Under the pieces are notes generated by a model. The model saw only the letters and a program-made list of their open reading frames with translations. It had not been told where the DNA came from and did no database searches. Below, in pieces: positions 1-34,978 of a stretch of 64,000 nucleotides of DNA. Within the stretch, counting starts at the first letter, position 1. Each line of letters opens with the position of its first letter. Source of the DNA: Chrysomallon squamiferum (lineage: Eukaryota; Animalia; Mollusca); contig CM022667.1 of NCBI GenBank assembly GCA_012295275.1, forward strand, positions 7,688,001 through 7,752,000. Reading direction: 5' to 3'. The position numbers were made by a program, and so were the translations under genes.

Positions 1-124
1 ATAGACACATATGTATAAATAACTATTTATAAAACTCTGTGTTATAAAATATATTATTTACATGATATTCTCTGTTATTAAAATATATTTTTTAAATGAT
101 ACTAGTATAAAATATATTATTTAT

Positions 125-637
125 ATGATACTATGTGTTATAAAATGTTATTTATATGATACTGTGTGTTATAAAATGTTATTTTATGATACTGTGTGTT
201 ATAAAATGTTATTTATATGATACTGTGTGTTATAAAATGTTATTTTGTGATACTGTGTGTTATAAAATGTTATTTTATGATACTGTGTGTTATAAAATGT
301 TATTTTATGATACTGTGTGTTATAAAATGTTATTTATATGATACTATGTGTTATAAAATGTTATTTTATGATACTGTGTGTTATAAAATGTTATTTTATG
401 ATACTGTGTTATAAAATGTTATTGTTATAAAAAATGTTATTTAAAATGTTATTTTATGATACTGTGTGTTATAAAATGTTATTTTATGATACTGTGTGTT
501 ATAAAATGTTATTTATATGATACTATGTGTTATAAAATGTTATTTTATGATACTGTGTGTTATAAAATGTTATTTTATGATACTGTGTGTTATAAAATGT
601 TATTTTATGATACTGTGTGTTATAAAATGTTATTTTA
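125..637. repeat. 30-bp minisatellite (ATGATACTGTGTGTTATAAAATGTTATTTT)n, ~16 copies, degenerate copies extend to ~30
   Basis: Tandem units are directly visible. The array lies downstream of the donor of the minus-strand Cys-rich exon. Confidence 0.95.
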
Positions 638-661
638 CGTGCTCTATATAAAACTACTCAC

Positions 662-781
662 ACACAGGACACAGATCGGATGTTCCACATGGCGGGTTCG
701 ATGACGCGACATTTGTTTCCACAGAACGACACGATGTTCATGGCGCTGTACGGACACGGCTCACACGTCGTCTGCTGTGGT
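662..781 (-). CDS. Exon 3 of putative secreted Cys-rich peptide gene: (K)PQQTTCEPCPYSAMNIVSFCGNKCRVIEPAMWNIRSVSC(V)
   Basis: Minus-strand acceptor cgcttttcAG at 782-783 and donor GTGAGT at 661-656. The 120 nt are open only in phase 2, matching the phase-2 end of the upstream exon. It is a GC-richer island in repeat DNA. Confidence 0.75.
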
Positions 782-1053
782 CTGAAAAGCGACACGACGC
801 TGATTTTGTCAGTCGACGTCTTCATCGTTTCTACAGTCTCACGAGTGAAGAATTTCAGCATAGCATCCCCTGATTCCCTGAAATATATTTTTATCATCAC
901 CATCATCCTTATCATCATCATCATCCCCGTATTATAATTATTATCATCATCACCATATTCATCATCCTTATTATTATTATCATATCATCATCATCATCAT
1001 ACGCATCATAGAAAGAAACAATAACGCACACATATACACACACACACAGACAG

Positions 1054-1084
<31 letters not shown>

Positions 1085-1116
1085 TTAATTAAACTAAATT
1101 GTAAATTTTTACTTAC

Positions 1117-1172
1117 TTGCTGAGAGCGCTGCAGGCAGCCAGGAGAAAGAAACAAAGAAAAATTGACAGTTT
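1117..1172 (-). CDS. Exon 2 of putative secreted Cys-rich peptide gene, signal peptide KLSIFLCFFLLAACSALS(K)
   Basis: Acceptor attttcAG (1174-1173) after an (ATT)n tract, donor GTAAGT (1116-1111), 56 nt, phase 0 to 2. The translation has a basic n-region, hydrophobic h-region and small-residue c-region. Confidence 0.75.
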
Positions 1173-1178
1173 CTGAAA

Positions 1179-1336
<158 letters not shown>

Positions 1337-1600
1337 GTAATAATAATAGTAATAATAATAATATGTGTGTCTGTGTGTCGATCTAACTATCTATTATGCT
1401 TTACAAACATATTAACATTTACTATATAACTAACTATATTAACTAACTTACATTAACTAATTATATATCAGCAATATTATTTCTTGTTATTCTAAGATTA
1501 AACTTTGTCACAACTTAATAAAGATTCAAAAACTAAATTAATTACACCAAGATAAGAACACTTAAACTTACACGTTATAAAATATTAAAATATTTCTTAC

Positions 1601-1603
1601 CAT
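1601..1603 (-). CDS. Exon 1 coding part (initiator ATG only) of putative secreted Cys-rich peptide gene; 5'UTR ~1669-1604
   Basis: Minus strand reads gcgacaATG|GTAAGA (A at -3, phase-0 donor), about 65 nt downstream of an Inr-like TAGTC. Confidence 0.72.
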
Positions 1604-1659
1604 TGTCGCAGATACACAGAACAAGCGAATATCTGGAAAATCTTGAACGGGGTGTGCGG

Positions 1660-1760
1660 TGTATTGACTACTCGTACCAGCATCTTGTATTTTTATAGTA
1701 TCTCAGCGCCCTCTTGTCCAATGACAATTTCAAACTGTATCCGGTTAGCGTCGACCAATC
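1660..1760 (-). promoter_or_regulatory. Core promoter: two CCAAT boxes (1755-1759, 1718-1722), TATAAAAA (1697-1690), Inr-like TAGTC (1670-1666)
   Basis: The motifs are in canonical order, with the TATA box about 28 nt upstream of the Inr A. Confidence 0.7.
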
Positions 1761-1986
1761 AGACACACTGGAAAACAAAATTTTTTTTTGGAAAAGCAGG
1801 AAAAGAAAATTGAGCAAATGTGAACAGGTAAAATATATGTAAATGTTATGACTCATTTCTTCATAGACATCCTCTTGAAATATGTCACGTGATCAAATCT
1901 GTCAGCTTAAGAAAAATTTGATTCTTAATGACAGAAGTGAAAATCTTTAACAAATACATTAAACTGAATACATTTTATTATTATTA

Positions 1987-2048
<62 letters not shown>

Positions 2049-2904
2049 ACAGCAGACTGGTACTACTGATTGGAAGAATATGTCTTACGTCACAATTACA
2101 AATAAAACATGACTCGCTTGCTCTTTGTTTCGTCATTTCCGGAGTTTCTGTCTGAAGGTAATAATTAAGCCAATATGATAAAAAAAAAAATAAAATAAAA
2201 AAAAAATAAAAAAAGATACTAACAAAAAGAACCCATATAGTTTATTGTTGAAACATTGACCGATATAATACAGGTCACGTGGTTCGGGTCAAGGTAATAT
2301 AGAGCGATCGCCTGACATATTTGAAATATTTGGAGACGTGTGGAGTTGTGACATATTTAATTTTATTTAATGGATTTTTCCCTCCAGGTGAAAACAGATT
2401 AAAAATACTTCACATGATTTTAATTTATTATTTAAATTTATTAAAATACATACAAAGTAATATACTTTTCTATTTTGTCAAAACACAGTTTCACGGGTCA
2501 TTAAAAAAAAAAGAAGAAAAAACCTACCCGAAGGAAATTAAATTATCATTACTCTTTTTTCACTGATAAAATCTAGTTTAATGTTTTCTTTAGTGCGAAT
2601 TATTTTTTCACTGGGGTCAACGAATTCTAATAGTTTGTGTAAACATAATCCAGTAAAAGTAAAATCACTGAGTCAGCAGGTGCAGTAAAAATACAGCAGT
2701 TAAAGAAAATCAGCAGATAACTGAATATTAGAAAAAACAGTTTAACTACACAGTCTGTCAGTGTCTCACAGTTTTTACATGTAAGAAAAAGAAAAGTACG
2801 TGAAAAGACGAAAGATATAAAGTAAGAGAGAAGAGGAGAAAGATACAGTGTAAAGATTGGTACAGAGAAAACAGAAACAGAAACCGAGAGACAGAGAAAA
2901 ATCA

Positions 2905-3037
2905 TTCAGATAGAGAGAGAGAGAGAGAGATCATTCAGAGGGAGAGAGAGAAAAAATCATTCAGAGAGAGAGAGAAAAATCATTCAGAGAGAGAGAGAGA
3001 GAAATCATTCAGAGAGAGAGAGAGAAAAAATCATTCT

Positions 3038-3130
<93 letters not shown>

Positions 3131-3158
3131 AGAGAGAGAGAGAGAGAGAGAGAAAAAA

Positions 3159-3223
<65 letters not shown>
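2905..3223. repeat. (AG)n microsatellite with AAAATCATTCAG interruptions
   Basis: Directly visible. Confidence 0.95.
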
Positions 3224-3226
<3 letters not shown>

Positions 3227-3391
3227 GCCCTAGTAACAAACTGCACTTTGACATTAAGTTGTGTTTTTTTGACTATCACGGACGTTAGATACCCCAAGTT
3301 CCTTAAACTCGTTTTTCTCACTGTCCGAAGACTGCAGTGTTAATAAAATGTTTTAAAAGCTGATGTAGATGTATTTAGTAAACATGTTGTA

Positions 3392-3975
3392 GTCTGATTA
3401 TTTCTGATAGTATCAGGCTAACACTATTAATAACTGTTTAAACACTAGTGTATATAGTCTGATTATTTCTGATAATATCAGGCTAACACTATTACTAACG
3501 GTTTAAACACTAGTGTATATAGTCTGATTATTTGTGATAATATCAGGCTAACACTAATACTAATGGTTTAAACACTAGTGTATATAGTCTGATTATTTCT
3601 GATAGTATCAGGCTAACACTAATACTAATGGTTTAAACACTAGTGTATATAGTCTGATTATTTGTGATAATATCAGGCTAACACTATTAATAACGGTTTA
3701 AACACTAGTGTATATAGTTTGATTATTTCTAATAATATCAGGCTAACACTGTTACTAACGGTTTAAACACTAGTGTATATAGCTTGATTATTTCTGATAA
3801 TATCAGTAACACTAATACTAACGGTTTAAAAGTGAGTGTATAGCTGGATAATGTCTTATTATATCAGGCTAACAGTATTAATGATGGTTTAAACACTAGT
3901 ATATATAGCTGATTATATCTAATAATATCAGGGTAACACTAATACTAACGGTTTAAACACTAGTGTGTTTAGCCT
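3392..3975. repeat. 65-bp tandem repeat, ~9 copies, with internal palindromes (CTGATAnTATCAG, GTTTAAAC, ACACTAGTGT)
   Basis: The unit start gtctgattattt recurs at 3392, 3457 and onward, degenerating toward the 3' end. Confidence 0.93.
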
Positions 3976-5300
3976 GATAATCTGTAACAAGATAGTAAAA
4001 AGTACTTTTTGGTCATACAAACACACACTACGAGAAGACAACAAAGACCCTGTCATAAAATCACAGTCTCGGAACCTTCGGACATGTTTGACTAAATAGT
4101 GACGTAACGGTATAGGCTGACATGATGGAGGATGTTGCAAATTGTGTTCTTAAACAACGAGTTGGTGTTTGCTTGTTCCATTTTAAATCACAGAAACACT
4201 TTTGCAGTTTGGATATGAAAACAGTGCTACGTTTTGCTATCGTTGAAAAGAAGAAGTGTTTACAGTTGATGTTTTGAAACACCAAAAATTGTAAATCAGA
4301 ACTAAATAGTTCTTAAAAAAGAACAAATATTAGTTTTGTAAATGAAAAGCTATTCTAAATCGTCTTTAAATTTCTAAAGTAGCAGTTAAACACTAATGAA
4401 ATAACTTTGAAGAATATACCGACTACTGTTTATTGAGACCAGCCTTCGCTGGAAGCTGTCACGTGTTAATCAGCTGACCGTCATGTTACTCTTCAGGTCG
4501 ACTCAGACGAGGACTAACACCGCAGCCAGTTCGTTACGATTCGCTGTGCTCTCTTGCGTCCTGCAGTCGTAACGAGAACCACTCTCTTTCCTTCCCCAAA
4601 CTCTTTTTCTGTGACAGACACGCCCACTGGCCTGTCAGAAAGGTTGGTCTGATTAGCACGTTACATTTTTTTCCAGTTCCAGTTCCAGTTCCGAGGACTT
4701 TCTGTGCAGATACCCCAGCTGGCTTTGTCAGAGAGCGTCGATTAGCACGGGCACTCACTCACTCCGAAGATTTCCTGGTCGGTGATTTTGTGTTGGGGGT
4801 CTTGGATTTCTTCTCGTAGTGTTTATGTACGACTAAACGGTTCTTTTTATGGTACACCCGAACTCGAAAATAGCGATCTAAAAGAATGTGAAGCCATAAT
4901 TAATGTTTAATGAATATATCAGCCGGAATCATATTGGCTATACCTACGTTCAAATCCCGGAAATGACGTTTACTGTGACAAAACAAAGAGCAAGCGAGTC
5001 TTGCTTTTTTTCAAATTGTGACGTAACACACATTATCTTCGAATCAGAACTAGTCTGCCATGTTTAAAACTTCCCAAACCAGTCACAGAGAAATATAACT
5101 ACAAACACAAACTGTTAGTCAACATTTAAACTTAAAATAGAAATTCTAAAGTGTTGTTTGGAAATTAAATGAAACTGGAAATCACTTTAGTACTGTAGTA
5201 TGAGGCAAGAAGGATTTGTTTCGATCAGGAGTTTATACAATAACATGTAAATATCATTTTACTTACTCCCTGTTTTACTGAGTACTTATCATGACTTTGA

Positions 5301-5559
5301 TCAGGGCCTAGGAGGGGGGGGTCTACCCGATACTTTGTTCTCGTGTCCCAGAGCTAAGAAGGGCCCCATAGCAACCATACAAGAACCCCCCGATAACAAG
5401 TACATTGTTCTATCCTCACCAAACTTACTTCTTTTCAGTAGTATTGTTTTTTTAATTACTGTAGACCTAGTTTATGTAGATTTATTGGACATCAAATCTT
5501 CAATTTTGAGAAAAATCTTTGATTGCCACTGGGCCCCAAATGGTCTTGTACCGCCTTGA
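5301..5559. mobile_element. Possible degenerate MITE (TCAGGGCC ... GGGCCCC ... CCGCCTTGA ends)
   Basis: Weakly complementary GC-rich ends and subterminal GGGCCCC motifs resemble small non-autonomous DNA elements. No clear TSD. Confidence 0.3.
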
Positions 5560-5571
5560 AAAATTTCTTAT

Positions 5572-5619
<48 letters not shown>

Positions 5620-6624
5620 TTTCATATTTATTAATCCATTTATTGTTATTATTTTTTCTTTTTAATTCTAATTTATGTTGTTATTGTTTGTTTGTTTGTT
5701 TGGAATTTATATATTTATTAAAAAAAAAAAAAATCATCTTTACATTTTGTTTTATTTGTATTATTTCAGACTTATGTCTTATTTTTTTATGGTAATTTTT
5801 ATGATACCAGCAAACCAGAAAATGACCGATCCAGAGGAATGTAAAGTAAAAACTATTGTTAAATGGGTATAGTAGCAGGAATCGATCGGCAAAGAATCAA
5901 AAGAATTCACAGGTTTGTCTCTGGCATCCAGATATCCGCCTGAGCTGTTCTCAGGCTGCGGTGTAAAACGCAAAAACAAAATTACATTTCAGAGATTTCG
6001 AGTCGCCTCATAAAGTGGCTCAGTCTTTTCAAGAAATGTTTACAGATTGTTACTCGCGTTTTGTAAGTACATTTTAATTTAGTGCAGTCAAATTTCTACC
6101 TGAAAAACAAAACCCTTGAAAATTTGCGAACAGATTTTCTTCTGTCTATCTTTCAGCAGAGTCCATGACAGAAGATTCGTTTTCTAAAATGGAAAAACTG
6201 GATTATTCTTTTACGTTTCTTTCTTAAAGAGAACAGAATAAAATGCCAACGGACTTTTAATCAAAGTCACTTTTGGCCTAGACTTTGTGCTGGTCTTGCC
6301 GATTCAGTTAGGAATTCATACATGGGTCTTGGGATAGGTATTATTAATAACAAAATATTGTAACTAAAATCTGTTACAGTATTTACTTAACCAAAATTTT
6401 AGAAACTAGAAATAAATGTGTTATTTCCATGGTTACACGCTAAAATAGACTGACTTCCTTATGGACATCCATGGCAACGAAATTGCGACTGAAGAAACCA
6501 TTGTCAGCATGATTTTAAATAATATATCTCAAGTATAGTTCACAATTCTTCATAGTTAAATTTCTATATGGAAAGTCTCAAAACACTAAATATCTGTTTG
6601 TACTTACTATTATTATTATTATTA

Positions 6625-6693
<69 letters not shown>

Positions 6694-7424
6694 GTTTACT
6701 ATTATTATTATTATTAGTTAACTATCGTTATTAAAACTATTTTAACTGCTTTTAACGACTGCAGCTATTACTACTACTATTACAATTATTATGACCATAC
6801 ACCTATTACTATTACTACTAATACTGCTATAATTCTACTACTACTTATATCACTATACTACTTCAACTGCTACAACTACTACTAGTATTACTGCTGCTCT
6901 ACTACAACTAAAAGCGTATTATTGTATAATTGTTTATTTGAATTTATCAGTTTTCATTTATTTAGTTTTACCTTTCTCTCCCTTTCTGTCTTTCTCTCAT
7001 TTTCTTTCACTTTCTCTTTCTTTCATTTTCTCTCACTTTCTGTCTTTCTCTCATTTTCTCTCACTTTCTCTTTCTTTCATTTTCTCTCCCTTTCTGTCTT
7101 TCTTTCATTTTCTCTCACTTTCTCTCTCTCACACTTTCTCTCCCAGCTTTCTCACGACACTTGTTTGTTATAGTTTTGTTACTTGAATAAGAATGAAATC
7201 CTGATTCTTCGTGTTCTATTCTTACTTGTCCACGCCTATCCTGTTTTCTTTTCTTTTTTCTCACACCAGTTTCTACACAGTCACAAACAATAAAACTGTT
7301 TCCTCCACTTGTCACTTTGTTCAGCTTAATTCATATTTTAAGATAGATAGATAGTAAAAAAAAGCCAGAAAGATAGAGACAGGCATTTAGAGAGATAAAC
7401 AGAGGCAGAGAGAGAAAAATATAA

Positions 7425-7426
<2 letters not shown>

Positions 7427-7495
<69 letters not shown>

Positions 7496-7886
7496 CAGAG
7501 AGAGAGAGAAAGAGAGACAGACACAAAGAGAGAGAGACACACAAAGAGAGAGAGACAGAGAGAGAGACAGAGAGAGAGGTAGAGAGAGAGACAGAGACAG
7601 AGAGAGAGAGGCAGAGAGAGAGAAAGAGAGACAGACACAAAGAGAGAGACACACAAAGAGAGAGAGACAGAGAGAGAGAGACAGAGAGAGAGGTAGAGAG
7701 AGACAGAGAGAGAGGCAGAGAGAGAGAAAGAGAGACAGACACAAAGAGAGAGAGAGACACACAAAGAGAGAGAGACAGAGAGAGAGAAAGAGAAACAGAC
7801 ACAAAGAGAGAGACACACACACAAAGAGAGAGACAGAGAGACAGAGAGAGAGACAGAGAGAGAGACAGAGAGACAGAGAGAGAGTC

Positions 7887-7931
<45 letters not shown>

Positions 7932-7945
7932 GTGTGTGTGTGTGT
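7427..7945. repeat. Compound (AG)n/(AGAC)n/(AC)n microsatellite with higher-order repetition
   Basis: Directly visible; explains the ORFs at 7331-7950. Confidence 0.95.
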
Positions 7946-8447
7946 TGTAAGCTATATGGGTGACGTCATTGTTTTTGAGAGACTACATCTTGTGACTGAC
8001 ACGACATTCCTTCTACCACGACACTCAGGCGCATCTGTTTCCGGTTTGTTGGGGTCCGCGCATGAATGTTCGCGTTATCTGCGGTGTCCGGAGTCGTTGT
8101 GCATGTCACCAAATATCACTGACACACATTTCTCTTTATGTATTGTTTGTGTATTGTTTATGTATTGTTTGTGTATTGTTTAGTTTCATCATCTCTCGCC
8201 GTGCAAACATGTTTCATCTTCCTGGTTAAAGTCGAAATTGCACTCACTTCATGTCTACTTGAAATCGCACGATGAAAAAGAAAGAAAGACAGACAGAGAC
8301 AGACGATGGAATATATCTTACAACAACAAGATCTACAAAAAATCAGTAAAAAAAACCCACAACAACAACAACAACAACTTCGTTCTTTATTGCGTTTAAT
8401 TTCAAGTATATTCATGAAGTCAATATAACAACAAATATTATAGTAAT

Positions 8448-8545
<98 letters not shown>

Positions 8546-9099
8546 AATTCAGTAATAAAGGATAACAATGCCATATCTTCGCTCTCTGATTTCGTTTTGT
8601 TTTTATTGTTTGTTTGATAACACAGTAATGAAACTTTGATTTCATCAATGATCGCTTGTACACACAAGTATAAACATCGCAAAACAAACAAAGCTTACGA
8701 CGGGACAAAAACGCCCACACACATCATACACGAACCAAACAAAAGACACCAACAAATAAAAAATAAAAAATACAACTAGTCTCGTGTTTCAAGTGTTGTA
8801 TTTTTTCAAACAGTCGAACATGACACGTAGGTGGCAAAACCAATTTGTGTAATATTTCCTCCAGCAGTTCTGTGCAGCGCCAATAAAGGAAGGAAACGGA
8901 TAATGGTAACGAGGACTAGAAGATGGCCAAACGAGAACGCGGTCTTGTTAAAACTATGAGCCCATTGATTGAGGAAAGCGGTCGGTGAAAAAAGTGAAAA
9001 TAATGGTACTTGAATAGAGGAAAGTTGGAAAGGAAGTCGGCTGTTAGTGCTGAAATGCGCGGCACTGCATGGCACGCGCAGCCCTCGCTCAGAGTGGAC

Positions 9100-9421
9100 T
9101 CCCAGTTTCTCCTCTCACTAACCTCACACACACAATTCAAACACATACAACACACTTGTCATAACAACAACAGCAACACCACCAGTAATAATAACAACAA
9201 CAGCAATACCACCAGTAATAACAACAACAACAGCAATACCACCAGTAATAATAACAACCCAGTTGTTACATTTCTCCTCTCACTAACCTCACACACACAA
9301 CACACTTGTCATCATAACAACAACAACAGCAATACCACCAATAATAATAACAATAATAACAACAACAATAATAATAATAATAATAACAATAATAATCATA
9401 ATCATAACAATAATCATGATC

Positions 9422-9453
<32 letters not shown>

Positions 9454-9505
9454 TATAATAATTATAATAATAGTAACAACAACAACAACAACAGCAGTAC
9501 CACCA

Positions 9506-9540
<35 letters not shown>

Positions 9541-9600
9541 AATAATAATAATAATAATGATGATAATTGTAGTGATAATAGTTTAGTAGTAATGGTAATA
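9100..9600. repeat. Duplicated ~80-bp block (tttctcctctcactaacctcacacacacaa...) followed by AAC/AAT/GAT trinucleotide runs
   Basis: The block occurs at ~9105 and ~9271; the trinucleotide runs explain ORF 9010-9753. Confidence 0.9.
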
Positions 9601-10335
9601 ATAATAATAAAATATTATTTTTGTTGTTATTATTATTATTATTCACATCAAACTCTGAGCAGGCTGAACACTGAATACAGAAATATGTTTTTTAAACTGA
9701 TTTTAATAAGTGAGAACACTTCTGACTTTCTATTTATAGATTTAATGAGGTGACTGTTATTTCACTAATTTGGGTTAGCAAGTCACAGCAACCAGATAAC
9801 TAGACATTCATAACTACACGACAAAAATAATACCTTAAAATAAATATCAAACAAACTTCAGTTAATTACAACAACAACAACAACAACAACAACAATAATA
9901 ATTAAAAGTAACATTATCACTAGATTTATTTATTATCGCTTACTGTTACTATTACAACTACTACTACGACTACTGTTATTTTTAGTATCGTTTTTAATGT
10001 CATCATTCTCACCAAAAACAATTTTTAGATATGATAGAACATATAACAATGCGTGGACATTTTGATACGAGTATAAGCTACAGAAAATGTATCGAGTGAC
10101 ATGAACCACACAGAGAAGTCGCCCATCACGTAACACTGAGTGAACACTGAGTGAACACTGAGTGAACACTTCAGTGTTCACAGTGATTCAGATATCAACA
10201 TTTCCTTATCACTGTGTCATTACAACAGTTAAACGTTCACTTACTAATTCATTAACTATTTACTATTGTTTATTTGTTGTTGTTTTTGTGTGTGTGTGCT
10301 TTTTGTTTTTGTTTACTTTGTTGTTTATGGTTTAA

Positions 10336-10411
<76 letters not shown>

Positions 10412-10850
10412 GTAGTAGTAGTAATAATAATAATAACAGAAAGAATAATAATAAAAGCAGTTTTAAAACGGAGGTACGGAAGACAGAAAGAACAAATTAA
10501 ATAACAGTGTCTGTGATTATGTATAACTAGTATTCTACGAATGTAACACATCAAAGTGATTACTTACATTAGTCTAAGTAAGACGATTAACATCCGGGTC
10601 TATTGATCTACAGCAACATCCGGGTAATTTGATCTGGATTAAACATCGCGGTTTGTTCAGCTGATGGTGAAACAACAGAAGATTAACGGTAGCATCAAAC
10701 ACTGTTTTAATCTCTGTTAAACTTGTAAATATTTGACTTTTCTTCTACAGTGATCTTGCCACACCAGTTGTTTTGTCGGTTTTTTTTTTGTTTTTGTTTT
10801 TTTGGAGGGGGTGTTTTCTTTTTTTTCCAGTTACGGAGAATTCAGAACAC

Positions 10851-10899
<49 letters not shown>

Positions 10900-10900
10900 A

Positions 10901-10951
<51 letters not shown>

Positions 10952-11744
10952 GTAAATAAATAAATAATAAAAAAATGATAATAATAAAAAGCAGATTTCT
11001 AACTTTTGTTTTAAATAATTACTAATATATATATAGAAGATTTCTAACATATATTTGAAAGAATTAACTTTAAAACAAATTAGTTACGTTGTCTACAACG
11101 TCAATGATTTCAGTATACGGTGACGTCATCTCCTACAGCCACGTCTTGCATGAAGACAAGAAAATACGTGTCTACTACAACAATTCTGTTGACACCGTCA
11201 CCCATTCCATAACTGCTGTGTAATATTAATACCACCATCAAAACTGTTATCATCAGCGTAGACTACGTTAATAATAATGATGATGATAATAATAAAAGGG
11301 TGATGATGATGATAATAAAATGATAATGATGATGATGACAAAAGCAAAGGTAATAAAATAATAACGATAATGATGATGGCAATAATAATAATAAAATAAT
11401 GATGATGATGATGATAAAATGATAATGTTTATGACAGTGATTATTAGTTAATAGTAAAAAATAACTTTATACAAATAAAACAAAAAACAAACAAATGAAT
11501 GAAAAACTAAAGTAAATTCATTCACTGTATTTTAAACACGGTGACGATGGGACTAGTTTTACGTTGTAAAGAAGTGTTCTCTATTTTTATTATTTCAAAG
11601 TCAAATTCTCGGCGTTTGTACTTCGGTCAGATTACAGCCTGGTCTGAACACAACGTGAAACTAATACAGCTTGGTTATAGTTGTCTGATGAGAGAACAAA
11701 TCCAGATTAATTTCTCTTTGTCACCATTTCCTCTTGTCTGTATT

Positions 11745-11830
11745 ATAATGATAAGTTTCACTTCCGGTGCTCGCGCCTGCCTCTCGGTTTCGTAGATACG
11801 CATTGGTCTGACTTACTCTAGATTAGTGTT
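11745..11830 (+). promoter_or_regulatory. Putative ERG/FLI promoter: GATA site TGATAA (11749-11754), perfect ETS site CACTTCCGGT (11759-11768), inverted CCAAT (11802-11806)
   Basis: Motif cluster 90-150 nt upstream of the inferred start ATG. The TSS itself cannot be determined from sequence. Confidence 0.55.
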
Positions 11831-11898
11831 TCGTAATGGCTGCTCGACTAAAGTGAGCAGAATCAAACAGCTTTCACACAACTCTTCTTTCTATCGTA

Positions 11899-33102
<21,204 letters not shown>

Positions 33103-33563
33103 ACTGTGTACAGAACAGAAGTGTTAACTCGCTCTAAACATTCTTACATTCTCAGTTTATTTATGATACATTGCAGAGAGGTGTTTTCGTACATCAACAC
33201 ACAGCCGTCATCTTGGAATTATTGGATGACGTAATATTTATAAAATCTCAAAATTATAGATTTCCTGAGGACTTGGGTTTTGTTGATGTAAAACGTTTGT
33301 TTTGTTTGTGGTAAAGAAACAGTTTGTTGAAGTCTACAAACAAATTACGTGTCGTGGTTGTCATAGTAACACAAACAACGAATATTCAAGATAGATAATC
33401 GAGATTATGAAACGTTTATAAGACTAGTTGTTTTGTACAACGAGCAATTGTGAACATTTTAAATCTACTTTTGTTTACTGCCAGACTTTGACTCCATAAA
33501 GAAATCCCAGAACTTTTGCCAAGTTTTTATTCCAGGTGTTTACCATGACCAATCTTTGTTAAC

Positions 33564-34256
33564 AATAAAGTATTTGTATATAATTAGATTTTCACAAAAT
33601 GGCTAGAACACTACGTCTTTTCATATCTATAGTGTTGACGTCATTGTAGTGACTGAAGTAACGATCAATTTTTGTTTTTAAATAAAACTTTGAAACAAAA
33701 GTATAATATGTGATAATTAAATAGCACTATTAGCAAAGATAAGTTTCAAGTTAAAGATTCAAGTGATAATCTTTTTATCAAGAGAAATATATTTATCACA
33801 TAAGTTCATATCATTAATGTTTTGTTTGAGAAAGTGTCAAACATGCTGGGGTGCGTTGTTTGTTTTTCTGTCCTTTTTTCTGGTTTCATATTGTTTTGTT
33901 CTCCTCTGATATTTTTAATTTTACTTTTTTTTTTCTTTTCTTTTTTCTTTTTTTTTATGTTTAATATTTTAATATTTTGTTTATAACATTTCTTGTGATG
34001 ATCCCGAATATAGCGAAAAATATTTTATTTTAATTTTCTGGTACTCGAAACACCCACTTACACAGTCGGTTCTTTACGTTTGTTAGTTAAAATCTTATTG
34101 CATCCGCTTTCAAAGACATTTTTCAGTTCACTGTATTCGAATCTAAGTCTGTTGGTACAATCTGCTTTAACTGACTGTTACAGAACATCAGCTAACTCAA
34201 CAATGTGTTTGAAAAGTTAATAATATTTCAATTATTTTAGTTGTCCGTCTTAAGTC

Positions 34257-34343
<87 letters not shown>

Positions 34344-34413
34344 AATTAATTAATAAATAATGATAATAATAATTAATAAATAATGAATAAATAAATAATA
34401 ATAATAAAATATA

Positions 34414-34455
<42 letters not shown>

Positions 34456-34978
34456 TAATAATGATGATGATGATAAATAATAATGATAATAATAATAATA
34501 AATAAATAATGATAATAATAATAAATAATGATGATAATAATAATAATTAATAAATAATGATAATAATAAATAATGATGATGATGATGATGATGATATATA
34601 ATAATAATATTAATAATAATAAAAATAATAATGATAATATAGCAATAAGAATTTTGGCTACAGAACTAGTAATGGTAATAGTAGTGATGGTAATAGTAAT
34701 AATGTTGATAGAAATATGTATAATGGCAACACTGACAAAATGAGGGATGCATGACGGAGAGGTTAGTTATATTTGTGTTCTCAGAGACATCTTCACTGTC
34801 AGACAGCTGACTCTCTTAATATGCAAATTTTATGCTAATTAGATCAGAATGTAATGTATGTGTCAGGGACTAGACTGATGAATGTGTTCAATATTGTGCA
34901 GTTTGTAAAACAACAATTTGATTTCAGCAATATGTGACGTCATTCAGCAAAGCGCTTCACAGCAAATGGCGAAATAAA
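33564..34978 (+). terminator. Candidate ERG polyadenylation signals AATAAA at 33564, 33681 and 34973
   Basis: Hexamers in non-repetitive 3' sequence; which one is used cannot be told. Confidence 0.35.

Larger units (their letters stand above)
2044..5067. mobile_element. Putative non-autonomous DNA element bounded by ~100-bp imperfect inverted repeats (2048-2143 / 4957-5063), TTAA on both flanks
   Basis: The reverse complement of 2046-2143 aligns by eye with 4957-5065 (ccggaaatgacg...aaacaaagagcaagcgagtc...aattgtgacgtaa...aatcag...agtctgc). TTAA occurs at 2044-2047 and 5064-5067. No transposase ORF. Confidence 0.5.

Noticed and set aside
1117-1128. 12-nt microexon using the nearer acceptor ctgcAG (1130-1129)
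   Set aside because: After a phase-0 ATG it leads to a stop early in the next exon (MRSQQTTADDV*). The 56-nt version gives an open frame and a signal peptide.
1601-1767. 167-nt internal minus-strand exon (acceptor 1768-1769)
   Set aside because: It has stops in all three frames; the sequence is better explained as promoter plus 5'UTR.
4490-4517. cttcAG|GTCGACTCAGACGAGGACTAA (VDSDED*), resembling a terminal exon
   Set aside because: No upstream plus-strand exons were found, and it is too short to support.
9010-9753. 247-aa Asn/Asp-rich ORF
   Set aside because: It is built from AAC/AAT/GAT microsatellites, with no domain or splice support.
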